Below are positions 12,589 through 26,800 of a stretch of DNA of 64,000 bases, one piece after another; positions within the stretch are counted from its first letter, which is position 1; each line of letters opens with the position of its first letter. Under the pieces are notes generated by a model, which worked only from the letters and a program-made list of their open reading frames with translations, ran no database searches and was not told the origin of the DNA. Position numbers and translations under genes: made by a program. This stretch comes from Marsupella aquatica (Eukaryota; Plantae; Marchantiophyta): positions 15,279,974 to 15,343,973 of the forward strand of contig OZ316899.1 of NCBI GenBank assembly GCA_973895155.1, in the 5' to 3' direction.

Positions 12589-14904
12589 ATGCCTCGGTCA
12601 ATTTCGAGATCTCCCCAGCGCAAGAGGAGGCGGCGATCCGTTGAACGTTCTCCATCGCCAGTGAGCCATCGTCACGTCAGTAGGCGAAGCAGACGTGAGC
12701 ATAGAAGTCGCTCTCCGCCCCACGCACAGACGCACGGAAGGTTTGTGACAGTGAGAAACAAAGGCTTGCCTTGTCCTTGTCGTTCTTCATTATCCTCCTT
12801 TTGAGCTACTGTTGTATGTGAGATTGCGCTGGAAGCCGTAGCTTGTGAGTGGAGTCATGTTGGTGAAAGCGTCGTGTCTCGAGAAAACGGAAAATATGAG
12901 AATGAGATGGGAGCACGCAGGCTCGTGATGGAAGGAGGGGGCTGCTGCTGTTTGGGAGAATAGGAATTGGCCGATGAAGATCTCCTCTGGAACCTTGTAC
13001 TCGCTTCTTCTGCTGAACCCTGATGGCCGTCCTTTGCCCTCCGGTAATGGCACCGTAGATGCGCCCTATTCCTCTCAGCTCCTAACGCCTTTCACTTTGT
13101 TCTTACGTTAGTTTATAAGCTACGGTTCTGGTTAATCATTTCCGGGTTGGCGCGAGGGTGGGGGAAAGTGTATGATTTGTACTGAGGCCGGTCTCTATGT
13201 TCGTCGTGTACAAGTCGGTTTTATCACAGAGAAGCCATTTTCGTTGTGGGTTCAGCAGATGGATTTGACCAAGTGTGTAGCGAACAGTCCGTCAACGGTC
13301 GAACGAGGGAATTTTCAGGGCAGTCATTAATATTGACAGGAGTAATGATGAGGACTCTTTTGAAATGTTGGTTTAATAAAAGTTCAACAACAGCGTGTTT
13401 GTGGAGATCAGTAAGCAAGGCTTTTGTGGTGGTTTAAGGGGATAATCTGGTAGTACGAGAATCTTGTAAGATACCCTTGTCTTCATGATTCATCTTTTCA
13501 GCCGTCTATAAACAATCACGCTGATGTTCATTCTGGTCTCATTACAGGCGAAAAAGCTGGTCCTTGTCTCCAAGACGTGGAAAGAGGCGGGCGAGCCGCT
13601 CCCCCCTTGTTCACAAGTCTCGGAGTCCGAGTCTTTTGTCATCCGACGAGCGAAAATGGGCTGCTAGTAGAGCATGTGAACAGGAGGAGAAGAAAAGGTA
13701 TTCGTGTTGTTTTAACGATTTTATATATTAAAACAAGTGATAATGAGTACGGAAGAAATTGAATGCGATAGTCTGCTTGGCTGCCCCCATTGTGAAACCC
13801 CTCCTTTCCTGGATACAAGCTGGAACTCGTACCTGCCCAAATAGAAAACAAGAGCAAGATAGCGAAAACAGATAATTTGTCCGAATTGAATATCTTGACT
13901 GCCATCTGAAGTCCATAACCTGATTTGGGGCCTTGTAGTGCCTTAGGGTCATCAATATTTATATCTTATGTTTATCTACTGCAGTCACTTTACTTACTGT
14001 GATTTATCCGCTTCCAGCTGTTGGTAAATTATTTTTTGTGAATTTCTAGGTCTGGGCGGACACTGGCACCCTCCGTATCTTGTGGTAATCTTTCGTGTTC
14101 GGCTGGTGATTGCCTCCTTGTCGGAATATATTTAACATTTGTAAATCACGCTTATTCTGATGATAGTAGAGTATTAATATAATTGTTTTAGGGTATCCTA
14201 TGTCTCCTCTGGGTTGAACTGTACTAATGTATGTTGCATCACTCATTATATACCATTTCCAGGCGTCGGCATGAAGCAGAGCTGAAACTTATTGAGGAAG
14301 AGACCTCTAAAAGAGTTGAGGAAGCAATCCGGAGAAAAGTGCAAGACGCTTTAGAGTCTGATTACTTCCAGCGGGAACTGAAGTCGCAGATAGACGAAGG
14401 TCGCAAAAGGATACTTGAGGATATTACTCTCCAGCTAGAACGAGAGAAAGAAGAATTGCTATCAGAAGCCAGGAGAAAAGAGGTCCTTTTCAGAGTTGTT
14501 GTCAGATTGGGACCGGTTGCGTCATGCTTGTGCGAGGCAATTCTGCGTGCCGATGTTCCCAGTGTTATTGTGTTTTTCCTCTTCTGTTATTACTCAATTG
14601 ACGGACCAGGTCATGTTCCTTTCTGTCTACATTGCAGGAGCGAATCCAACAGGAAAAAGAAGAGCTTGAGAAGATGCTGGAAGATAATAGGAGAAAGATA
14701 GAAGAATCACAGAGAAGAGCAGCTGAGGAACAAGCTAGAAAAGAAGAAGAGCGGTATAGGGAACTAGAAGCTCTCCAGCAACAGAAAGAGGAGCATTTGC
14801 GCCGAAAGAAGTTGCAAGAAGAACAGAACAGAACTGAACAAATGAAGATCCTAGGAAAGAAAAATACAAGACCCAAATTGTCATTCGCTCTTGGTTCCAA
14901 ATGA
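12589..14904 (+). CDS. ARGLU1: Arginine/glutamate-rich protein 1 (ARGLU1/UPF0430 family), 262 aa, exons 12589-12740, 13548-13697, 14263-14482, 14638-14904
   Basis: RS-rich N-terminus; EAELKLIEEETSKRVEEAI coiled coil; C-terminal QMKILGKKNTRPKLSF motif. Three GT-AG introns give an open 789-nt frame. Confidence 0.9.
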
Positions 14905-17229
14905 TGGGTAACAGTGGAGATCCTGAGTAGGTTTTTCCGTCGGTTTTTAAATTTTTCAGTTTGGGCGAAAGGTTGTTATAATCCCTGGTGAATATCTCCA
15001 TGATCACGGTGTCTCCTTTAGCCGATCTTGGATTACAGTCGGCCTTGCCCTATTCACGCTACTGAGTAATGAGCGGTAAAGGGGACTAGTTCAGCCTAAA
15101 ATCCAAGATTGGCTGTATGTGCCACTGACAGATGTATGGTCAGAGGAAAGCTGAACTTTGTTACCGTTCTGTTTCGAGATTCGACAAGTTTAGGGCAAAA
15201 GTTAGGGAGACCGATGTGGCTCAATTTTGGCCATCTTAGACAAAAACACTTGCCTTCATATATTGTAAGTTAGGATGGGTATAAATTGGTCATGGGCAGG
15301 ACTGGTTCCAAGGAAGAGAAGAATGAGGGGTTGGGAGGGTGATATCATTAGATCTTAATTTGATATTGAAGCATTAACTCTGGAAATGGATTTAGAAACT
15401 GGGGGTTGGGTTGGGTAGGGTGAAGTGACTTTATCAGAGTTTGATACTAAAGTCGTTTTAGAGTATGGATACACATGTGAAGTATGATAACGTAGTCAAT
15501 GATGTACCACTTAGATGTGTCTAAAGGACGATGATTACTTTCTCTTCTCCAATGTGCTTCGACTGATCACCAGGACGATAAGTGAATGAAGTATGCAAGT
15601 CTTGTGTCCCTTGTAAAAGTGTCATGGACATTATATATGACTAGAGGCAATTGATGATTACTTTCTTGTCTCGACGAAAGGACTTGAATAATATGAAAAT
15701 AAGTGAATAGGATGGAAGTACCGGTGACACTAAAAATAAATGTTATTGCTAGGGTCACTAAGAAGATCAATTTCAAATAGTCTGCCAGACAAGGGGAGCA
15801 ATACAGATGATTTAGGATGACCTGATGGGCACGAGAGAAGGTAGTCTCCAATCCACAAGCTAGAATTAAATTATGTTATGGTATAGAAGGAAACATGACC
15901 TGCAGGGAAGAAACAACATTCACGTCCATCCACAAGCTGGAAGGTGATGTTGAGGTGCAATTTAATCATGTTCAAAGGACTGGAAGGGAAGAAGATTCAT
16001 CTCTATTCCTCCCCTTGCTTGGAGAACTGTAATGGTTTAGGACAAATTTATATGAAAGGGAGAAAGATCCATCTTCATGCCAAGCTCCGAATTGCCAGAA
16101 TAAATTCATGATGGGTTTGCATCGAAGGAATGACTGAAAGAAAAGAAAACTTCGGTCTCTGTCCCAAAGGTTCAACTTACCACAAACTAGAGTAAATTGG
16201 GTTTGGGGAGAAATGTCTTATCGCCACAAGAGAATAAGATCCCCCAAAACGGGAAAGTGCCGTGATGGTTTGGTTTTGGGAAGGAATGACCGGGAAGGGG
16301 AGAATAAGATCCGCCTCGATCTCAAAGCTGGAACGCGAAATAATGGCTTTTGGTGCAAGGAAGAAAAGGGGGAAGGTGGATCGGTACTGTCAAGCAAGGG
16401 AGGAGGGAGGGGTTGCGAACAGGTGGGAGAAGCCGGGACCAATTGGATCGTGACCACAGAGGGAGCAGCTTTAAATAATTTATATTTCAGTTATGATGCC
16501 ACCTCAAATGCCAGCTCAATGAGATGACACTGCTTGCAATTTCTGCTGCAGTTCGAGTCATGCTTCGCCTGTGGTGGGCTGGGCTTCTGGGAGACAGAGG
16601 ACAATGGCAAGGTCAGCAAGTTGGATGGATGGAACCGATGAACTGACAAAGTATGCACAGATGAACCTCTCAACAAGCACGACCGCTCGTTGTTGTTGTT
16701 CCAGTTTCCATAGTTTACTCCGTACTCTCCGGTCATGAAGGGCAAAAAGTCACCCCAGAGGCTACGACAGTCAAGTTCAGCAACCATGTACAGTAGGTGT
16801 GTGACCGCCACCATGGATTCCGGAATTGGTCATTCCTGAATTGTGAGGTCTAACAATAGCAAGTATAGTCACTAAGAGAATTTACTTCCAAAGGTTCTGC
16901 CATACAAGAGGTGCACTATGAGCATTTGAGACATGCATGAGACTCTTTGGTTTCATTGCAACCTGTTCTGGACAATTGTTGGATTATGTTTCTGGTAATG
17001 ACATCACATCATGAGAGGATGTGTGATTAGGATTGCACATTTCATCTTAAACTTGTGTCATGCAAACTAAAAACATCAGCTAAATTGAATCTACCATCAA
17101 TCTTGTCTAGTGTTAAATGTTTTACCAGACACAACTTACCTGTAGAGAGGTATCTGATATCAATGGACTTCATCCTATTGTCATGACATAGTTCACAACA
17201 AAATATGCTTCAAAGCTCCCTAACAACTT

Positions 17230-17525
17230 GCATGAATCCAACAGATAATTGAAAAAAACTCTGCAAAAGCTATTCTGTTATGAAATCCCTTTTGGGGTAA
17301 CAAAGACTCAGCATTGTCTTATGCAATGCATCTTCAGATGTGGCCAGAGGGACACAGGGAAGACTATGACCAAGTATCTAAAGTGATTGCAGCTTGCCAA
17401 GATTCAAAGAAATTTCAGTGTATCTCGACCCACAATATAGTCATGGGCACCCCAATGTACAGACCCCATTCTGATATTCACGTAAGAATACAAGCCCCTA
17501 GTGTATAGTAGCACCCTTTGCTACT
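17230..17525 (+). pseudogene. Fragment of the ParB/MTase-like accessory gene (element-2 type)
   Basis: HREDYDQVSKVIAACQDSKKFQCISTHNIVMGTPMYRP is nearly identical to ORF 31507-31977. Splice donor followed by decayed palindrome TAGCACCCTTTGCTA at 17509. Confidence 0.8.
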
Positions 17526-18237
17526 CTACTGATCCTACTGTTGTTAGGTTAAGGGTCCCAGGCAGTTCAGTTGTTGGCTGTTCGTTGCACTAGCACTAGA
17601 CTCTGTTATATACATCCTGTTGTGGAGACGGGTTTAATCATTTTTCAATACATCTCTTGGGTGATACTGACCGGATTGAAAATTCTTTCTGCAGATTGTA
17701 TAGTTTTCTGTCAAGTCGAATGCATGGCAACTATACCTTCTGCAAAAACTAAAGGAAGGGTCTCACTGTTGGGTGCCAAAACCATCTCCTTGCCCTTGAG
17801 TATCACGATGGGGAGGCTTGTAAAAGCCAGTTTATCCCCTTAACACCAGACTATCATAGTAAGACTCTGTCACACGTCACCCAAGCACAATCCCAAGGAA
17901 CCAAGGTTGGGAATCAGATCCCGTGCTCATGATAGTTCTGGTGAGAAGAAGTCTTCATATTGGGCCTGTATACACTGGGCCTAGCGCTACGGTGCGTCTA
18001 TATCTATATGTATGCTTACCGCCGTAAGCATGTCTCTATTCTACCATCAGAATGTACCCATAACAAGTGAATCCTTATTGGTTCCCGGCTTAGGGACTTC
18101 TAAGCCATTGCCCCATTACTCTGGCATTCCACTCCCAGCAATTGGAGCTATGATAGTCCTCACCCAAACCGCTTCAATCACCCGGTACACCTCTCAGTGG
18201 TGTTGTTGGTCCCATCATACACTCAGATTCCCTCTCC

Positions 18238-18255
18238 CACACACACACACACACA
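18238..18255 (+). repeat. (CA)9 microsatellite
   Basis: Direct. Confidence 0.9.
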
Positions 18256-18998
18256 TCTATGAGAGAAATGAAGCCTCAAAGGAAAACTCAATTAGATTCC
18301 AAGATGTGCATAATTATTCATTGAAAATACTTGATCTCAACAATAGGCCCTGTCTACTCCAGATTGCGATGTGCTTTCCCTGCAAACACCCTGCTTGCCT
18401 TGCATGCTCAATTGTGAACTCAACCTCCTCTGTTGCTCTTCATTCTTGGTGGCACATACAGGTCTCAATCCTCCATTATCAGTAATTTCACTAATTCTGG
18501 AAATTCTTTTTCCAAAGTGCCTTAATAAAATTTCCAAAATAAATAAATAAATAATCCAAAAACCTTAAATGAAGTTTCCAAAACTTGGAACTGGAAATTC
18601 CAGAACACTCATTCAAGTTTCGTAAACACCAGTTGAAATTTCCAAATCCATGTAAAATACATTTTTGGTGTAAGAATTTGGTGGAAAATAGTCACATGAA
18701 TAATGTCCCATTTTCATTGTCAACCACTAACGGGCATAGCATACAGAAGTCCATAACATTTGTGTACTTGTCCCATCAATGTTACAAGTCTCCATCTTAC
18801 TAAACAATGATCAGTAAATGTCCCTCTTACATATTTGAGCAAGTTAGTGTACTTCCTGACTTAGCAACCTTTCTATCTCGGTTGCAAGCGTCTTTAGGAT
18901 ACAAGTTTTTAAACTTAGAAGTAAGGTCCCTAAACAAATTGCCGCTTATTTTGCAAATATGGGCGGGAATAACCATCTCCAGGTAGAGATTTTGCAAT

Positions 18999-19810
18999 TC
19001 AATTGATGTCATGGTCACTCAAATCCTCCATCGGTGGCAAACATTGCACGGTATTCTTCACTTCCCAGGAAATCCCGTCTGCTTTGTGATCAAGGATGGT
19101 GATATTATTGACAATGCCAGCAACTCGATGCCCCCAGGCTTGAGTGAGTCCCGCAAAGATATCAACATGCCTCCTTTGGGCTTCACCCTTATTGTAGGCG
19201 GACCATTTTGGGTAGTTAACATTCGAAAAGTGTCTTACATCAAAAGCATTGTGCCTTATCTGAAGAAGTGGAAGCAATATCTCCACCAGAAAGGTGTCGC
19301 CTCCCGCATTGTGAACAAATGGAATTGGAAACAACGTGTTAACATTTGGATTTGCGAAACACTTCAGAGGAGAGTCATCAATGAGAACAGTATTTGTCGG
19401 ACCATATCTATTGCCAAAACGGACCCAAACAGTTTTAATTTCCTTGAGAAGTATGTTTGCCTTCCCATCCATGATATCTGGCCTCAAAAAGCATGTGTCA
19501 AAAGCTTCTTCTTGGGTGAATACAAACTTGAACTGCTTTCATTCAACATTGTTGAAAACAAGATCTATCATTTCATTTGTTCTCGGCCTTCCCGCACAAG
19601 TCCAAGTTGCTACATTGTAATACCTGAAAATCATTTGTAGAAATCTGTGAAATCCTGGACGCTCCACATACATAAATGTGTTCCCACCCCGTCTTCCCCA
19701 ATGAACACCCCTCACATATGTGGGTCTCTGAAATGGTTTGGAGCTTTACTCTTTACGGAATCAAAACAAAACTTATCAAGGTAAATAATCAAGAGCTTTC
19801 GCTTGATCTC
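18999..19810 (-). pseudogene. FCP1/NIF-family HAD phosphatase domain, decayed
   Basis: RKLLIIYLDK (DxD motif with D>Y), ERPGFHRFL..YNVATWT, LLKEIKTVW, NTVLIDDSPLKCFANP. Confidence 0.75.
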
Positions 19811-20010
19811 AGAGTGGAGTTTGGGAACAAACTCTGCAAACATAAAAATATCAAATTTGGATGGCTAGTCATTGCAATAGTCCTGAACAAAGAACATTTG
19901 AAGTCAAGTCAGTCCTTGACATCAAATAACCCGTCTATCACCCTCTACATGCGTCTCATGCAAAAATCATTGTATTGCACAGGAAAGCTCAACTTATTCT
20001 TGGATAGACT

Positions 20011-20640
20011 TTAAAAAAATTGTCTCCTCTCAAAATCTATGTCCTCTCCTGTGAAATCAAAAGGAAGGTCCAAACTACGGTAGTTCGTAAACTTCATCAC
20101 TAACAGGCCACAATTGTAGTAATCAATTTGTTGTGGAATGTCCTTGGGGATATGTTTTGGCCATATAGTAGCTAAGACTTGTTTGTGACTCCTGCTTTGA
20201 AATTCATCATCAACATATCTGGCTAAGTTTTCAGGAATGTCTGGCCTATTGCCATGCAAAGAATCAAGATATCTGAAATACTTGTGTTCTATGTCAATCA
20301 CAACTAATGCCCAATGATCGCCACCTTCATGAATGGGGACTAATATTCAATGACAATCACTTAAGAAGTACTTCAATCATGAAGTCCAAGCCTCCACTAA
20401 GCGGTAAGAGTAACCATCCCACATAAGTGCAGTATAGAACCAAGTATAAAACAGGTGGCACTTCAAAAGCCTTCTATGGGATTGTTCATTCCTCTCCTCT
20501 ATTAGACTTAAGTAGGCATTAAGAATATGAAAAGTTCTACAATTTCCAGGACTCAGGCACCTCATATGTCCACAAGTTATTAGGCACCCATTAGTCCTGA
20601 CTAGAACAACATTTTGAGCCAACAGATCATTAAGGTAATT
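20011..20640 (-). pseudogene. Ulp1/C48 SUMO-protease domain, decayed (TE-type)
   Basis: ILNAYLSLI..LFYTWFY, VPIHEGGDHWALVVID..YLDSL, PQQ..YNCGL (H/D/Q/C catalytic set). Confidence 0.8.
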
Positions 20641-21804
20641 GTCAATCCTTGTTTTGTTATCCATTGGATCAGGAGACGGGAGAGAACTTTTGCTTATGAT
20701 TATAACGTTAGGACTTGAGACAAGAGAGAGGAAATTGGCACCTGCCTCATTGGTTGCCTCACCACAATCAACTTGCCTATCTGAGATCTCAGGAGGATGC
20801 ATCAAGAGAGGAAATGAGTTCTCATTCTCTCTTGTTGCTTCCGCGATAGGAGGGTCTAGAACCACATTGCATGGATATTCAATTGGAGTCTGATCTTTTT
20901 CCACAATCCCAGCCACCTCCACAGAAATCCCTTTTGAGGGTCCACAATCCACCGCCACCATCTTGACATCCTTGCTTGTAGTTTTTGCCTCACATGAAAA
21001 ACTGGGCCACTTGGAAGAATTGAAGCATCAACCAGTAGAGATTGTTTGACATCTCTATTGCACTCCAACCCCGGAGGGTCATACAAATTTTGAGAATCTA
21101 CACAATACTTGCATAGAGAGACCGTCTCCACAACATCTTCCAATTTTTTGTTCAATTCAATCAACCCCACATCCGCCCGTAAGTTTTTAGAATTATCTGC
21201 CAAACCATCCTCTCCTTTTGCCATTAGAAGTTGAGGAAAACCTTCATGACTTGCAATCAAATTGATGCACCAATTGTCATCTCTCCAATTGATAACAAAA
21301 CTTTTCCTCCGCTTCCACCCTGGCGTAATGTAAAATTGTACCGGCAATCTGATAATGTTGGTCCTCTTTTGCTCCACTAGCATTGGAGTTTTGAGTCAAA
21401 CTCCCATCAAGCCCTACAGGTTTCCACAATGATTTGGCAAAGTGTGCAATCAAAACTAACAATTTAAGATTCTCAACATAAGCCATGAGGTCAGAGACAT
21501 CCTCACGGTCAGAGCATAATGAAAAACACTCACGCTCAAGCATTAATGCATTGATTCATCAAGACCTGCCCTCCTGTAAAAAAATCCAGGACAATGTCCC
21601 CTCTCAAAGAAAATGCTTTAATCAAAATCTGCAAGATGCAACTAGGCTTAGCATTTGTTGTTAATGGCTGTCCAATCATCAATTTGAAAGGAACAAGGGC
21701 TTTAAGTCATGATACTTGCTTGAACGATAGAATTGAAGTATTGCCCCTTTCAGTTTGTCTGACATATACTTTGCTTTTTTGTCAATTCTAACATGGCGGG
21801 AAGA

Positions 21805-23290
21805 TCATAGTGGTGGACCTTGCCACCCAGCGCCCTCACCAATCCCAACACCCACGCCTAAGTGCCCTTGGTGCCCAAACGCCTCCACGTAATTCCTCAA
21901 GCAAGCGACTTGGTGCCCTCAACACCACCTACGGCCCCTCCCATACGAAGCCGCACTTGCTCTCTAGCACGACCATTGCTCAATGGTCCTCGTTGTCTGC
22001 ACAAGTGACCAAGCCGTCCGGTAAGTAACCCATGAGGATCTTGATCTTCCAAGTCTGGCATCCTAACTTAAGCTCAACAAACGTTTGATAAGTAGGTCAG
22101 CGATAGGTCCTCCCGATGCCATAAGCCAGAACTAGAACCGACACCCACAGTTTGTCCAGAATAGCTCCTTCCTTGGGCACGGCCTGGGTTTTCCCTTGTA
22201 CCTATCCATCACCAACTGACCGCCCTGCTCCTAGGACATGTTCATGGCCCAAATAGCATAGCTTGTCCTAAAGCTTGTCCTAACATGTTGGGACCAAAAT
22301 GGCCTTGACTCTATCAACCAACTCCCAATTCTTGCCCTGCTGATGGTCTAGGGGCCAAGCTTCCTTGGAACTCAGTCTCCATGCCCTACTTGGCCTTTCC
22401 TCCCCAATGCAAGCTCCATGGGAGATTGAATATGGCTTGGCTGCTGTTTTGGCAGGATTTGGCAAGTAGGCAAGCTAGCCCCCGCAAACCTCAAGAACCC
22501 ATGGCACCCCTAGACCCAGATAAGCTCAGGAGGATGTAGTCCTTCTTGAGATATTTCCAACACATCCAAGAAGTCCTCCAACATACTTCCCATTGGGAAG
22601 TTATCACTATTTCCATTTGGCATTTTCCCTTAGTGTCGCGATTGCCGTGGCCCACAACTTTGGCTCGCCCTTAGCCCCCAGGGAGGCACCACTCCCCTCA
22701 TATATGCTTCTGGAGACTGCCACCCCCGGACCTACTTTGGTCCCCAAATTTTGGCCCCCCACCTGGACCCCAACCTGCATGTCTAGGCGTGCCACCAAGT
22801 GGCAATGCCCATAACTTTCTAGTTAGGTGTCTGCAAGTGGAGTGCCTTAGCCCGTTGTGATTGGGCCTACCTAATGCTCATGCCTAGGCCCTCAGATCTT
22901 GTCGTCGCCTAGGACCCACGATCGGCCAAACCTGGATTGGGCCGTAACTCATGCCCCAAGCGTCCGTTGCCCATGGAGTAAACTCCATTTGCCTTTGGCC
23001 CAAGAGGAGCTCTCACTAAAGCCATCGGAACTCAAAGTCCATCCGGGGATCCAGACAGTCAACCTTGAGCCCGGCCCTTCCCCCTTGACCCAACCAACCC
23101 TCAACTAGCCTAAGTCCTTAGTGTGTATCACCAGCTTAGCGCCTTGCCTTTTGCCAGTGCCACTCCCTATTGCCCACAAGTCTCTCCATGCTAAGTCCTC
23201 CCCGGATGGCCATTCCGGGCCTGGACCATAGGGGAGCTTGGCGTCGGAGTTAGTGACGTTGAAGCTAAGTGTTAAGGTAGTCAAGTTTTG
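21805..23290. repeat. Dispersed repeat, inverted homologue of ~49215-50620 (retroelement-derived)
   Basis: Collinear reverse-complement match, e.g. GTGGTGGACCTTGCCACCC and AGCTAAGTGTTAAGGTAGTC. Confidence 0.8.
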
Positions 23291-23842
23291 CAACTATCAG
23301 TCAAGGCATGTTTCTTCTTCATCAAAAGTGCCTCCCTCAAATTCACTTTTTGGAGGATTTCCAAGATATTGGATTCAATGGCACCCTCAAAAACCCAGAA
23401 GATTGTCCTTGTTAATTGCTTTGCTTCTTTTGATTTTCCTGTCATTTGTCCAATGGGATCCAAGAGATGGCCAACTACTACAAACCTCCCTCCATAAAGT
23501 GTAGAGTTTCTTGGACGCAAACAAAATCCAATTGTACTTGCTGATGTTATTCACCTTTAACGTAACTTTCACGAGTGTTTCATACTCCTAGGTGGAAAGA
23601 CAAAACAACTCAAAGTAAGTCAACAACCCAAAGCTAGTCAACTCAAAGTTTGTGTAGAAAAGACTTGAATCCCAAAATATTGGAAAGGCTCTACACAACT
23701 CTTGTGTAGAAAGGAGAGAATGCCAAAGTGTACAAATTTTCTTTACAACTCTCATGGGGAACCTACTTGAAATTATGGACATTTCCGACCCGATGGAAGT
23801 GGACAGGCTGGTCGCCCCATATCATTGTATTGCATTCTTGCA

Positions 23843-26800
23843 TGTTAATACGCCACCAGCATGGGTGGTAATGAGTAATATGGCTTAATCCGTGTTATGC
23901 ATGTCCAAAGTAGACTAGGAATCTGTAGTTATTAGCATAATGACACAATCTTAGCTAGTCATGATGTTTAGAATGGGTTTAGTAATAATGGGAGTTTACG
24001 CTCGGGTTGGCGGTGTGGCACTTGACGTACCAACGGATTGGGGACCGTGCGTTATGGCGGTCACCCTTGGGCCTGTTTAACAGTGCCACAATCAAATCTT
24101 TGCCACGCTTGGACTCAAACTAGAGGAGTGATCAAGAAGCCTTGAGCGGAATAGGCTCGGCCTATCATAGGCAGAGGGAGCCGAGTGTTCGACTCGCAAC
24201 AAAGGTATAAAAGGCAAGCCCTTCCCTTTCTTTCCTCTCCTGATTCTCTCCTTGCGCAAGCTCTAAGCTCACCTCCTTGCACACTTAGTAATTCAGCTAG
24301 CCCTCAACACCTTGCCATCTGTCTGTCATGGTTATGTCTAGTTCTGCCATTTGCTTTTGGTACCAATTTTTAGGCATTGGTAACCATCTTGCGATCTCAC
24401 TTGCCAAGCATAACCCGCGCAATTACAAAGCCAAAAGATATTACAAACGGCTTATCCGTTTGAGCGGGCGCCATCACTACAACAACGACCTTAATCTACC
24501 ATTCGAGAGCAAGTATTGCGGGATGACGAGATCAAAGTTGAGTTCTTCTTTGAGGGATCAAAGTACCTGGGCTTCGGAGAAGCGCTCCTCCAACTCCCGG
24601 AAGAGGTCTTCAAGATCCATGGCATGGTGGACTTATAGCGTCATCACTTTGACGACATACCCGCTAGGGTGTAGTCCTTCCTTGACTGTCGGTTTGGCAC
24701 TAGCCTGAACCCGGGAGGTCCTTCATCAATCTCAGCATTGCTGGGCTTCCCATCTGGAAGGTTGGGTCCTATAGTACCTCCTCCAGCAGCACTTACAGCC
24801 AATTCACAGGCACAAACACCACCCGGGCACCCTCAAGCCGCTCCCCACCACTGGTCACACCACCCGCTTGGGTACAGTCCGTGGTAAATGCGATCAACCT
24901 CAGCTCAAAGGATGAGAAAGGCCCTTCTCTTCACCGCAAACCTATTGAACCGGGATGGGAATTGCACCACCGTCCCAATCCCAAACCCGGGAGGCAACCC
25001 TGGTGGACAACACGGTGAAGATTGCAGCCCGACACCAGTATTAATGGCGATAGCAATACCACCACTGGATAGAGAAGACAGGGAGATGTCCCTCTCCACA
25101 AGTCACCCCGAGACTCAATCTCAGGGTAGGAAGTGGAAGGAGTCGGCTTTAGTATCCGGCTTACCATTAGCCACCGTTGCAATGGCCAAATTAACCATGC
25201 ATCAAATGGGGGAGAATGTTCACAAGAACATTCTCCACCCCAAGCATGCAGGGTACCTAAAGACCCAAGGGTTTGAGCAGCTCGCGCCCTCCCTTGGAAC
25301 ACTTGCAGGTATTACATGCAGGACATGATGGAGTTCATCCAGAACTTTGACGAGGCCCGTCAATAGACCCGTGCGCACAGACGAGTGATGTCCCTGAACA
25401 AAGCATGGCTTAAACTGATCTTTGGCCCACCCTAGGGAGAAAATTGGGTAGAATCGCGGGCGCCAGGGGGCAAGGGAGCAAAGTACCAGTCCTCTAGCTT
25501 CCCAACCCAGGGATTGATGGACAACGGCTTCCTCATGCATACATGCCTCATCCCAGAGATAGAGGAGCAACTTGAGTTCTAGAGATATGCGCTCCACATG
25601 ATGGAGCCGGGGGGTGAGATATTTGCAACCCAGATTATTCAGGTCGAGAACTACCGGCCTAGGAAGTGGGCTTCTTTCTTTGTCAAGAAGTTCCCGAGGA
25701 GATGGAATGACAAAGGAAGACCTTGTACCTTGGGTGGAAGGCGTACTTGGCAAGCCACATCAAAATTATCATGGAGTGGTACGCCCATTTTGACCGCCAA
25801 ACCCTTCCTCAGTGCAACAAGCCCAAACTCACCCTGGCCAGGTGGGTCTTTCCTGCTCAAGAACAATGGCCTCAACCCAAAGCCCGGAGTCCAGCACCGA
25901 TGGTGTCCACCCCAACCCCACAAACAACTGTTGGAGCCCCTTCTTCTATGCCGGACTCGGCAGTCACCGCGACCCTGGATGCCCAAAACCAGGCCCGCGC
26001 GATCATGGTCGATTTGGTTGAAGCTGGCCCCAAACCAGAGGCCGTGATCCCGGAGGAAGCCCCAGTACCCTCCACACCCGTACAAGCGGGTTCCCTTTTC
26101 CCTTCGGGAGACCCCTCTCCCTCTGTCCTCATCACCCCAGGTCTGGATGTAACCACTCCGGCCTCCTCCAGTGTTGAGATTTGTCCTTGCCCTAACCCAA
26201 GTGGGCACAACCTGGTGAACCCAGAACTCTTTGCTCTAGGCATGTATTTGAATGGGTTGTTGGGTGACTTCTCCCAACAAGTTGATCGGGATATGGGGGA
26301 GTTCATGGCCAATAAGGTGGCTTACTTCTTCAGCCAAGAGTTGGTTGCAGCGGTAAAAGTAGGCAAGAAAGTAGGGCATGCTCAGGTTGAAGCCGCAAAG
26401 AAGATTGAGCAGTATCAGGTTGAGGCAACCAAACTATTAAATGAAGCCTCAAACCGAGAAACCAAGCTTCAACTTCTCCAGCCTCACCTGACGACCGCTT
26501 TGACCCAGGTCACCAACGCTGAAGCCAAGATAGCCTTGGCCGCGCAAGCCAGAGCTGGAAAGGACGTTGAGATCTCACGGCTTTGGACCCAAATTGACAG
26601 TTTGAAAGGGCAATCCATCATCTGGCATAAAGACGTGGAGGAGGCCGATGATCGGTCCCAGAGAGATGCAACCAAAGTGGACGCCCTAAAAGCGGAATTG
26701 GCACGGCTTCTACAGGAAGCCACTAAGCAAGACCAACTAGTGGCGCAGCTGACGAGCGACGCCGAGCAGTTGGAAGAGGCGTGCCAAGAGGCCGCGGAGG

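Noticed and set aside
15567-16860. Short ORFs (16213-16527, 16218-16457, 16491-16814) as a host gene or LINE fragment
   Set aside because: No recognisable motif or consistent exon structure.
19011-19640. 209-aa plus-strand ORF (likewise 6526-7155, 52010-52669, 63086-63598)
   Set aside because: Antisense shadows of recognisable coding sequence on the other strand.
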